64,000 bases of DNA. Source: Phoronis australis. Lineage: Eukaryota; Animalia; Phoronida. How positions within the stretch are numbered: position 1 is the first letter of the stretch; each line of letters starts with the position of its first letter. Position numbers and translations under genes: made by a program. The stretch is from contig NMRA01000046.1 of the NCBI GenBank assembly GCA_002633005.1, positions 1,060,596-1,124,595 of the forward strand, written 5' to 3'. Below are positions 52,291 to 64,000 of this stretch, in pieces. The notes beneath the pieces are model-generated. The model made no database searches. It had not been told where the DNA came from and worked only from the letters and a program-made list of their open reading frames with translations.

Positions 52291-55200
52291 CAACTTGTTT
52301 TCATACATTTCTGCTTTGCTATTGTTAATGACAATGTTCTATGTTACAAAGATAAATACCTGTTTATAGGTAATTAAAAGTAACATTTCTTAGTCTATGG
52401 GAGTGATGTACTTGCATATGTAGTCTTTCAGATTCGAATTAGAAAAGGTTTTTGCACCTAGACATGTTCATTTCAGGAATTATTGGTGGCGAGATGGCGT
52501 GGAAGGTGGTGGAACTGGTCGTGACCCAAACAATGATGAAATTGGTCAAAATGACACATACTTTTACTTACTAGCTAACTAGAATTTATTCACCAGCAAA
52601 CGTTATAACCCCATGAAAACCCTTCTTTGAAAAGCAGTGTTTTGTTTCGTGATATTGGTGGGAATATTTTGTTGTGGGTTGTGTTGCAACCTTTAAGCAG
52701 TGCTACCTGCGATAACACTATGGTCGAATGGAGTTGACTGAGGGCTTCAGCGTTAAGGGCTCTGGCATACTTGGGTATGTTAAGTTTTTCAGAGTTTCTA
52801 CTAAAAATACAAGAAGACACCATGCGCGCAAAGTTTCGAAATGTGTCGATTACCTTGACTTATGTTTGTCGAACATATGGCATTTAGATAACGAATTATG
52901 CGTAATAAGATTTGCGAACGTGAATACAGTGCCTAACCTTTTTTGCTGGGAATAATGCGTATGCTGAGCGGACACCGATTGTATTCCGGGTGCTCGGAAC
53001 TGGTGACCGCACACCCGACGTTGGTGAGTATGCGGTGTCCATACGTGGTTCATAGTTCCTGCTGGGAGATCAGCGTTTTAGGAATTGTTTATCCCCCTCA
53101 CCTCGTCATGCTTTCATCATGCGCTTTTGGAATAATTAAAGCACAGAGAAGCCAATCAACAATATTGCTTTTTGCGAAACTGCAATGAAACGCGATATTT
53201 TATGAAAGAATTTGCGGCTGTCTCGAATGAGCGCCTGTTTCGAGTGAGCGCCTGTCTCGAGTGAGCGCCTGTCTCGAACGAGCGCCTGTCTCGAAAACCG
53301 CCTGTGTCTATGACTAGTCTCGAACAAGCTCCAGTCTCGAATAAACGTTGGGTTTCAAATAAACGCCGGGGGCGGTAATTCAAGACTAATATCCATGCAC
53401 GACCCCCCATTTGGCGGAGAGGGCAAAAAGATCCGCCCCTGAGAAACAAAAAGTACGAGAGAGTGAGATAAATGTCCACTAAACAGGCACAAACGCGCAA
53501 TTCACCAAAAGGTCCACAACGTCAGGAATTCGAGCCCCCCCCAAATCGAAGGCTGTGTGCGCGCATATGATATCGAAGAACATCTCTGACCGCAATACAT
53601 TGTTTTAGTGGACAGTCTAGTGCCTACTGTTAACTAAATGTAAATCAACATCACGCTCGAATAGATGCGTTGCTTTAAATATCATGAGTGACATAATAGT
53701 TGTTTTAAAACGTAAAGGACATGCTGTCAAGCCAGTCCCGCTCTCGCTTGGACGTGGTTGTCAAGCGAAACAATGTGTAAATAAGTTCATCTAAACAGCA
53801 GTGAGAAGTGAGCACCGGGTCTGAAAAACTGGCCTTGTTGAACAAGTGCCAAGTTTAAATAAACACTGGTTTTGAATTTTACGCATTTTTATAAGTCTTT
53901 AACCTTAACTGTTCACTGTTCAAATTGTTTTCACTCTTGTTACAATTTACTATGTATATGTGAATATCACTCCTTGCGCACGTTGGTGGCGCTGCAAAAA
54001 TGAATGTTGTGTATTGTTGTTTGAGACTCAATGCCTCGTTTTAGCATCAATTTTAACAACGCAAATGTGAAAGCGCGCGTGAAACAAACAGGCAAAACCA
54101 TAGATTGGACAGAAAAACTCGTTTGCAAGCATAATGACGAATTTGTGCAAGTGGTAAATAAACGTTTAGTATATCTATAAAATCAAACATAGTTTACCGG
54201 CGCGTGTCACTTTGTGCTGGCACGTGGGTTTTTTTTAGACGCTGCTTGTGCAGCATGGTGTTATTTTACATTACATTGTTTTCAAAGTTGGAAGACTAAA
54301 TGTGGCTCACACCTTTGTTTGGTAAGCAGCCCATTTAACGCTTGCGTTCTTTAAATCAGTAAACTTTTATACCTTACGTTTGACACCTATGCATGACCAA
54401 ACCATTGTAACTATTTCCTGTGCCGTGTGCGTTTACGTCGAACATTGCAACTGTATGGTAAGGTGGGGCAGCGCGCCTACCCTAAGAATTTTCCTTCGTA
54501 ATTTCCAAAACAAGAATTCTAGGAACTTCAAAACTTACACATGAGTGCATGTTGACACATACTACCGATGTGTAAAATTTGGGGGAACTGGGTCTCCCTC
54601 TTTTTGGTGCAGCTAGTTTCGAAAATATTTTTGAAAACGGGCGTTTTGCCCCAGGACCGAGGCAAAACACCCATTGGGTGGGCATAGTACCTCACACGTG
54701 TATTTTGGTAAATATAATTAAGTTTTAGTTGCCAATACTGCAATTCGTATCAAATGTAAAACATATTAATAATGAAGAACATGAGAACTGTTTTAATTTT
54801 TTGATGTAATAAGTCACAAATCAGAAATACAGATGATTCCAAATCTGGGCCTGTTTCACTAAAATGTAACTTTACGAATTTTTTCGCTGTCGGTTTAGAC
54901 TGAGGCTTAGGCAAAACTCCCGACTCTTTGATATAAAACGTCGTTAAGTTACAACATGTTAGTGTAAAACACTCATGGGTACAGTCCAAAAAATGTCAAC
55001 GTATCGAGAGTCGAAAATAAACCATTGCATGCAATCCAATACTAGTTGTTTGGGTTTCCTTACAGTTCCAAATTGAGAAACCAGTACAAACAAACGTCTT
55101 ATTATGATCAGCCACAGATCGGGCGTACAAATGATTTCGAACCTGGCGTACAGGCTGAATGGGCCCAATCAGAACAAATTTGACTCCGTATCCACATTTC

Positions 55201-55545
55201 CTCAGGTGCACTGTTCGAATATAAATCGCTGCATATCGGTTACGCACTGACAGTCCATTTCGTTGGCGTCAGCGGCAGTAAACGTTCTTTGCCCACAACG
55301 TTTTCTTTGTGGCGCTTTCTTTAACTTTAGTTTCACCAAACGTTTTGTTTCTCCGCAAGTTGTTTCTTTTTGGGTGACGAGGTCAGAATTGCTGATGACT
55401 CGGACCTATAGACCGGCAGCCCAGAGCACATAGCATAGATGAACGAGGTACCAACATCTGACCACGGGAGCATTTAAAGCCCACCTCAGTATGTACAGAA
55501 ATGGGCGTCTGCCGTTGTCTGCACTCTGGGTGTGACCCCTGGGGG

Positions 55546-56610
55546 CCTTACAAAGACCCCAAAAAATGAGCTAGCCTAGATATTCGAGGTACCAACCAAA
55601 ACTGATTTAAAACGAACAATAGTACCGCACTGAACACCGAATGACCCATGACAGACAAATTGCACTCTGGAATGGGTCCGGCAGAAACCAAAAAAGGACC
55701 CCCCAAAAATGAGCTAGCACATACATTCGAGGTACCACACAAAACCAATTCCATGTGATTCAATACATGTCACAGATCACTAAAACCCCTATGACAGACA
55801 AAATACACTCTGGGTTGTGCCCGGCAGAAACCCCCAAAAATCTCAACCATGGTATGCCATCAAAAATTTGAGCTAGACTAGATTTTCGAGGTACCGGCCA
55901 AAACTGATTTTAAACGAACAATAGTACCGCACTGAACACCAAATGACCCATGACAGACAAATTGCACTCTGGAATGGGTCCGGCAGAAACCAAAAAAGGA
56001 CCCCCCAAAAATGAGCTAGCACATACATTCGAGGTACCACACAAAACGAATTCCATATGATTCAATACATGTCACAGATCACTAAAACCCCTATGACAGA
56101 CAAAATACACTCTGGGTTGTGCCCGGCAGAAACCCCCAAAAATCTCAACCATGGTATGCCATCAAAAATTTGAGCTAGACTAGATTTTCGAGGTACCGGC
56201 CAAAACTGATTTTAAACGAACAATAGTACCGTACTGAACACCAAATGACCCATGACAGACAAATTGCACTCTGGAATGGGTCCGGCAGAAACCAAAAAAG
56301 GACCCCCCAAAAATGAGCTAGCACATACATTCGAGATACCACAAAAACAATTACATGAGATTCAATACATGTCACAGGTCACTAAATGCCCTATGACCGG
56401 CAGACAAAATACACTCTGGATTGTCCCTGGCAGAAACCCTCAAAAATCTCAACCACGGTTTGCCATTTTTGAGACAGTTAGATTTTCAAGGTATCTGCTT
56501 AAACTGATTTAAAACCAACAATCGTGCTGCACTGAAAACCCAATGACCCGTGAAAGACAAATTTTACTCGGAAATGGTCTGCCAAAAACCCAGAAAGGAC
56601 CTTAAAAATT
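55546..56610. repeat. ~301-bp tandem repeat, about 3.5 copies (each built of two related ~150-bp halves)
   Basis: gagctagactagattttcgaggtacc recurs at ~55569, 55870 and 56172. Confidence 0.9.
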
Positions 56611-57089
56611 GGAGGTACAATCGTTCATGCAGCTTTCCCCTGCTAGTTCAAGTACTCGGGTGGGAAATCCAAACAACTGGATAACAAGATATTAAAAATT
56701 GCACCACGAAAATCGAAGTACACAATTGGTGACAAAAGTTGTGTATTTAATAAGTTAACTGCAAAAAGCGGGACCGCAGGAAACAAAAACTAATTATAAA
56801 AAACTTTCGTTCACTAAAGCCTGTGTTTACTCTCATGATCACTACAAGCGAAAAGCAGACGGGTGTCAAGATGTAAGACAGTTAACTCGCCTAGTTGTAA
56901 CTTTTTGAAGAAATTTTTACATGATGTCGAAATTCAGTGTAGTGTATAGTGTTTGCAATGTTTTAGTTTCGTGGAGTCATTTGTCGATGGCCGACATAAT
57001 GTCTACCGTGATAAAATACAAATCACCCCTAATTTGGTGCGCAGCCACGCGGTGGAGTCCCAATGCTATTTAAATAAATATATAAACAA

Positions 57090-58170
57090 CGATGTGTTTC
57101 GGTAACAAGGGGTCTCGCTGCAGCATTGCCTGAAAATTGCATGCAATGACAGGGTGTGACGTCACAGCAGCACTGTTTAGGAAAGGGAAAGGGAGGCCTC
57201 TGGAAATCCTGACGAAAGACTCGTCTGGGACACTTATCAGCTTCTTCTCAGAGTTAATAAGCGTAGATGTCCCAGACGGAAGAAAGTTAGAAGAAGACAT
57301 ATGCCTCCTATTTAATGAAGGGAGGAGTCAAAGATGTCAATGAAGCGCCGATATCTGAAATTAATAGAGACGACCGGAAAAATGAACAAGGTAATAACTG
57401 TAATTGATAAAATATAGTTCATAAAAGCAACGAAAATAATTTCAAATGTTTTCATACTGTTAAACCAAAATGCCCAGTTTCACGTCAAAAAACAGTAAAT
57501 GGTGGTGAGATTTCATGCGCGCACCCGGGGGGGGGGCTCGAAGGAGCCCCCCATTAGGCGAAGTGGGCAAAAAGGTCAGCCTCAGAGTAAACAAACAGTC
57601 CGTGGAAACGAGACGAAAGTCCACTAAAAAGGCGCAGACGCACAGTTTACAGTACTGAAGGTGGTATCCCGTTTTTTTAGTCCTCCAGCTTTTCTGTTAG
57701 CAAAAGGTCCACTTGGTCAGAAATTTGAGCCCCTCAAAACTAGAGGCTGGGTGCGCGCATGGGTTTATGTTTTTGTTCGTCAGCTTTTAGACAATTGGTC
57801 CCTTGTCAATAAAATTTTCTCCGATGTCCAACATCAAGAAGATTGACTGCGCATTTTTCCTCCTTGCCGAAAGACACTATTGAACAAGCTCAAACGAGCC
57901 CATTATGTTGCCGTGCTCTGAGGCCAAGTGGATTCGGCCGATCCGGAAAACGGTTTGGATCCTCTTACCTATGGTTGGAAGGTACAAGATGGATACTACT
58001 TTCCCAAATGGTTTTGTGGATCTGCCGTTCCTGATGTCCTTTTTGAAGGTGCTGGTCTTTTACAAGAAAATCAAGCCGATCAAGAGGTAAAGGAAATGGG
58101 CTATGACGAAACAAGCGAGCCCGAATCAAGCTGGAGTAGCAGTGACGAATCTGATATTGAAACGTATTAA
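57090..58170 (+). pseudogene. AcademX-like transposase 3' fragment (XPG/H3TH-like region), spliced
   Basis: LHAMTGCDVTAALFRKGK, then after an intron (57391-57790) PPCRKTLLNKLKRAHYVA...DPLTYGWK...PKWF. The family assignment is from memory of the motif. Confidence 0.6.
57514..57761. mobile_element. Small TIR element (CATGCGCGCACCC...GGGTGCGCGCATG); related copy at ~53390-53570
   Basis: 13-bp inverted ends; shared internal aaaaggtccac and gagcccc motifs with 53390-53570. Confidence 0.6.
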
Positions 58171-60848
58171 AAACTAACAGGAAACTACTGTTGACATTAA
58201 ACATATAGTATGTAACTTGATGTTCTTGTCGATACAGTGATTTTGACTAGCTGTTTGAAAGTGTTGCTCTATTTCATGTACTTTATTTTGATTAAAGAAG
58301 GTTTTTGAAAACACGTTTGTTACTTTTCTTGTCGACGCTCAATCTCGCGAATTCCATCGGTTGTATTTCGAGGAACCTTTAAGTTCATCATACACCAAAG
58401 CGTCGACTTCGGCGGCTTCTTGACCCTCAATTTCTGGAATTTCATCCGTTGCATTTCGAGGAGCTGAAGGTTCATCGTACACCAAAGCATCGTAGTGTCC
58501 TACACCTTCTCCAAAGCTGTGAAACATAACAGATTTGGTGGTGTTGCTGTCATACTAGTCTTTTTCATACTGCCGTATGAGACCACGCACAGACATTGTT
58601 CATTACTTGAATTGGTCTGTTAAAGACATGACTTGTAGCAATAATCTCGAACTCCCCGGGCATGGTTGATGAAAGAGACGCTGCTTGAATACGCTGCCCA
58701 ACCGATGAGTATTTCATATGCTGGTTCCTGTTACCATTGAGCGTACTGTACTCGTTGTCACGATACTCGTGGATATTTGTACACATGTACTGAAAAGCCT
58801 GACAACGAATTGCATCAGCCTACGTTTGTTCTGAAAGAAAAAGAACAGGATCCAGCATTGTTCCATGGATATCGCTGTCTGCGTGCCGAAGTTTGTCGTC
58901 CATGGCAATAACAATGCTTCGAAAAAACCAACGTTCGTCATCTATGGTTTTTATAAACTTCACTCGGTAGCTTGGTTCACTGGCTGGTGTAGGAAGGACA
59001 TTGTCACCGTTAGTGGACGTTCTGCCGCTAGCACATGCCACATTTTCACCGCTAACGTCATCTGGCAAAAGGCACTCTGCGCTTGGTAGACTGTCTCCAA
59101 CGAACTCTTTACCACATTCAGTAGCTGTAGCGAACCTGGGGCCCACATTTACATCTCCATCGGTTTGCAATCTTTCTTCCATCGGTGGATCAGGGGTGGC
59201 ATGCGGAGCAGTAGACTGCATTTCGACGTCAACAGCTAAATCATGCTGATTGCTGAAAAATTGCCTTCAACTCCATCTGACTCACACACAAACTGGTCAG
59301 CTGTGAACACCTCAGGGTCATACAGTCGTAAATCACACGATCGAAACCCATTTATCGCCTGCAGTGGTGTTGCAGTACGCCTTGCCAAATAATTCTGCCA
59401 TTTGATGAATGGTGATTTTTGACCACGACAGGAAACCATCCAATTATCAGCAACGTTGTCGTATGCGCTTTTGAGCGACTTAAAATACGGCATATCCTGT
59501 GAGAGCATTTTTTGTATGCTGTGGGGTGTGAAGGTTAACATATGTATGCCGTTTGCTCTTGCATAATCGATAGCTTCTAATGACTTGTGGCTTTGGTGAC
59601 CATCTAACAGAAGGACACGATGACCTTGTTATTGCCACGAACTGCTCTAGCCACTTCACAAATAGGCCAGAATCAGGCCAACCACTTGGTGAAGCCTAAC
59701 CAATTGACACAGGGGAGTACCTGACGTCATGTGAGAAACCATTCGCTTCTGCGGGATTAAAACAAACATAAAGGACAATAACACTTCAACATCGTTCATA
59801 TGACAGTAACCATAAGACACTTTAATTTTCCAACTTGACGTGCTCCCTTCGTGGCAACAATCTTACAGGGTTTCTGGACACTGGTTACGCATGTTTCGTC
59901 CATATTCCAGACATTTGCTGTATCGATTTGGTGACTGTCGATTAATTCCTTGTACGCTGAGAAAAACTTGTCAACCTCTGTTCTGTTAAACGCAGACATC
60001 CTGGACAAACTGACTCCTTGTGGCTCTCTCAGACTTAATTCTAGCTGGCGTCTCTTAAACCCCAACGGCCAGTCTTTGCCAGCCATTCGGATGTTCTCGT
60101 TAAGTGGGTGACTGATTCCGGCTTTTTTAGCAACATCAAACGCCTAATGCCAAAAGTAGTCATGCCACACAGAGACCTCTCCATTTGTTTGATATGCTAC
60201 ATATTTCATTTTCCACATGTTCCGGTAAAGCTGGAATGTGGCAACCAAGCTTGAGTTGTTCTGGAGTAGTGAGAGATTTATCACTGTGTCTTCACAACGT
60301 CCTGGCGGGAACACCATACCCCTTATTCAAGGTTAACAATGGAGTACCATTGTTAACCAGAGCTTTTCCTAAAGCGTTATCTCCGTAACTGCCCCTGTTG
60401 TTTTTTTTTCTTATACGTTCTGACCAGTTGGTAATCTGTAAAATCAAAACAATAATTTGAATGTATCGATCATTTTAATTTTGAACATCAAGAAAGCTTT
60501 TAGTTGAAAAATAATGCGTTATACGACAGATTCACAGATGTACCGGAGTTTGTTTTATATGGGCCAAACGCCTGCCCCGTTCGGCACCAGGGTGTTTTGC
60601 CTCAAAATGACGTCAAACGAAAAATCCATGCCGCAATTTTTAGCAAGATTTCAAAGCACACTATTTGCGCTCACTCTATTAATGAAACTTTTCAAATGAA
60701 TGGCCAACGCAGATGCGATCGAAACCTTGACAACAGGAGCGTACAGACGAGTCGAAATCAGGTCAGACCGTCTCGTTTACTAGTTGGCTATCCTAGAACT
60801 GAGGAGTGAGTTCGCTCAACAAGCTTATTTATCCAAAATTATTCTCTT

Positions 60849-61018
60849 CTGAGTCTGTAAGGGGTACTAGGGAATTTGAGTTTGAGTCTGTGAGGGGTAC
60901 TGGGGTATTGGAGTTTGAGTCTGTGAGGGGTACTAGGATATTGGAGTTTGAGTCTGTGAGGGGTCCTGCTGGGGTATTGGAGTTTGAGTCTGTGAGGGGT
61001 ACTAGGGTATTAGAGTTT
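60849..61018. repeat. 33-bp minisatellite x5
   Basis: gagtttgagtctgtgaggggtactggggtattg. Confidence 0.9.
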
Positions 61019-61099
61019 CTCTATTATTTGAACAGAAAGATCTGGTAGATTACGGTGTTTGGAATTGAAATGATTACCTTTAGAATCAGAAATGTTTTT

Positions 61100-62110
61100 A
61101 TGTATTATGTTAAATCTATAATTGCGAAAAAAGCCTTCCATGTAGCCTTGCACTTAGAATTCGACGCATTTGTTCAGAAGAGTCTGCCTTTAATAACCGT
61201 TTAAAAGAACTCAAACATTACCTACTTCAACGTCATTTCCCTTACATTTTATACTCAAGCAGTTTGACAAAGTACGCTCAATCACAAGAAAATCTTTAAG
61301 AACTAAAACGAAAGATAATACTAATAATAGAATACCTTTCATAATCATGTTCGATCCATGTTTAAACGGAATTAGCCACCTCTTCAGAAAACACGTTTCC
61401 ACTATGCATAGTTCTCCTCAAATGAAACACTTATTTCCTCGTCCACCTATAATTTCTTGGAGAAAATGAAAAAGCCTAAAAATTCTATAGTTAGAGCAAA
61501 TATGGACAATAAAAACCAAACTGACAAACCTATTGACAACAGACAATGTAACAAATTTAGATACAAAATGTGTAACTTTATCAACGATAATTCTTTCTTC
61601 CAGTCTTCTCAAACCAATGAACACTTCGAAATAAAACAATATTCTGACTGCACCACCAACAATATCATTTACCTAATAACATGCAGAAAATGTTCCATTC
61701 AATATGTAGGACAAACTCAACATAATCTACTAACTCGGTTTCGCAACCATAGATTTAACAAAAAACATAAAAACATTTCTGATAGGCCTGCTATAGATAA
61801 TCATTTCGATACCAAAAACTTTAATCTTCAAGATCTTTCTGTACAAATAATAGAAAAACTCCAATACCCTAGTACCCCTCACAGGCTCAAAAGAGAACCA
61901 TTTTGGATAGATAAGCTTAACACACTTGAACCTAATGGATTAAACATAACGAGTTCTTAAATTATACCGTTTACTTTTTTGCACAGCAATCTATCATGTT
62001 CATTACGCTAAATATCAGACGTCATTTGTCATATCGTGTTTGATTTTACTTTTTTTCTGTTTCTGTTGACAAGGGATGTTATTTTATCTGAAAATTTCAG
62101 TTGATTCGTT
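61100..62110 (+). mobile_element. 5'-truncated Penelope-like retroelement (RT thumb relic plus GIY-YIG endonuclease ORF 61457-61960)
   Basis: SLALRIRRICS thumb motif; NIIYLITCRKCSIQYVGQT...RFRNH...REPFWIDKLNTLEPNGLN. Confidence 0.9.
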
Positions 62111-64000
62111 ATTGTTGTTTATTTACCGTGATGAAATTAGATTAGTATGTTATAGCACGGTTTGATACTATTTGTTTATTGTCTTGGCATTTAGCTAATA
62201 GTCTTGTTGAGTGAAACATCTGTTAGGCTGGTAATTTGTTTATTGTGGTTAGAATTTGTTTATTTAGGTTTGTTAGTGCTACTTTCTTTAGTTGTGTGGT
62301 TTTTGCTGGAAATACACTTATCTCATATGGAACAATTAATGGAGACTCCTCCGCTGCACCAATGAGCAGGCAAGTGACCGGAGTGTCCGGATTTCTGAAT
62401 CTGCGCTTGCTATCATCAGCAGTTTTGTAAGTGGTGTCGTTCGACAAAATGTTTCTTTGGAACTGATTTTGATGAAATTTAAAAGTTATTCAATTTGGTT
62501 TCGTGGTAGCATTGTACTGTCTGCTGCTGTGGGCATGCTTGTTGTTTCTTAAAGTTTATTTATTAGAGTGTCGATGGTGGATAACAGTGTCAACCAGAGG
62601 AAAAAATTAGCGCCCACTTGCCTTCGCAGAGGTGAGTTGTTTTTTCAACAAAAGAGGACTCATCTGTGAAAACGACAATTCATTCAAAACAAATTCACTG
62701 TTAAAATACATGGCGAGAACAGTCAAGGACTTCCGACTTCGATAGTGGTAAGAGACATGTTAAGTGCATATAATAACTGTCATGTCTTTCTTTTTCCATT
62801 GCAGGCATACTGTCTCTTGCAAAAATTCATGTTATCGGGTACAATTACGACAAAATACCAGGTAAGTGAAGGCTCACCATGCAGACGATTTGACTGAATA
62901 AACTTGGTCCTGAGGTACATGTGTTCATGTCCTCCACGTGTTACATTTTAATTGACGCACGTTAGTTAATTATTATGATTAATCACTTTTTGAAGCAATA
63001 AAACACGATTTGACTCTAGGGTGCCCGATTTTCAATGGTAATCGATAACGATATTGCTTATTGATACGATATTTAACGGTATTTTATAGATACGTGCAAA
63101 ATTTGCATTTTCGTGTTCGGTTCCTGCGCAAAAATCAACTTGGTTATTCTCTCAAGTGCTCCACTACGCAAACGTGGACGCGCTACGCATACTCAACACG
63201 AAACCATGGACTCGCATAAACTAGTTACGAAGCCACGTAAAACTGTTAAAAATGCACGTTCTTGATCATACTTCACGCAGTATAGTTTGTCAAGAACCGA
63301 TAAGAAAACCGGTACTTTTGTTATCGGCCGGTATTTTCTTAAAACTTCATTTCGCCCTGTTTAACTAGCCAAAAACGAAAGCCGAATTAAGCCTTTAACA
63401 CTCATGAAATCGGCGCAACAAGAACATCAAAACCAACAACAAATGAAAAACCCCGTCAGGGTTTAATATTGGGGTTGGCCAGCTCTAAACTAATTGTGAA
63501 TTCGAAAATGGCAAATGTACGCGTTGACTGTGAATTAAGTTAGTAATGGAAATAGAAACCTATCGCGGTGAGAAATATTATGAGACCATTTTAATGAAAG
63601 TAAAAGACCTACTGCTAATTCCATTTGCGATTTTTAGCCTTCTAAATATAGCGAATGCAGTTTTCATTATTATCGAAATGTACTGTACAACAACTCGCTT
63701 TCAGTAAAGAAAAGACAAAATCCCCCAAACCGATGTGGAAATATTAACAACCCACCAAAATAACGTTTTAAATAATGGGCCTTCATAGAGACCAAATCAA
63801 TTACTGTCACGGCAAGAGAAAAAATGACGATCAGCAGGACGCTCATATAAAAATAAAAAATGCCGACAGGGCTACTTTTTTCTTTCAGATAAAACGAATT
63901 GAAGCTATTCGTTATCTGAACTAAAAATTTGTAAGTTTCCGCCTCATACCAATAAAGTTCTCAAATTGGTGAACAAAGTACCCGACTGTTTTACAAATAA

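Larger units (their letters stand above)
54461..60610 (-). mobile_element. Decayed pogo/Tigger-family transposon: HTH_psq, CENP-B HTH, DDE_1, OTU-like, PHD; interrupted by a ~55.5-58.3 kb insertion
   Basis: VRTYKKK...YGVPARTL (60430-60300); AGKDW..GFKRR..LSLREP, VWNMDET; LLLDGHQSHKS, LTFTPHS..D..YFKSLK; AILTSSPKK and a PHD relic ending at TGA 55108; TA|AGGTGGGGCA terminus at 54461 with GGGCGTTTTGCCCC subterminal motifs. Confidence 0.8.

Overview
Eukaryotic, AT-rich, repeat-dense genomic DNA from an invertebrate animal, plausibly a mollusc or other lophotrochozoan (inference). The window is dominated by one multi-exon + strand gene (~12.1-52.3 kb) encoding a transmembrane channel-like (TMC7/TMC5-like) protein. 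I reconstructed it exon by exon with consistent splice phases: IEGHFGTG, LFYGFY, VFCGWDY, CWETYIGQ, EF..P.NVL, CGPF, EGKDKQFL. Three unusual isoform features stand out. (1) A pair of homologous, phase-matched, probably mutually exclusive exons encodes the TM6-TM7 pore-lining segment, and one has a GC donor. (2) Two alternative N-termini both splice into the same exon. (3) A 33-bp tandem repeat has copied the splice acceptor of the CWET signature exon five times, and only the last acceptor avoids a stop codon. Introns and flanks hold Harbinger, pogo and Kolobok-like elements, an L1/Tx1 relic, a Penelope element, minisatellites and a decayed pogo transposase carrying an OTU-like domain plus a PHD finger. 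All calls were made by eye; no database searches were run.
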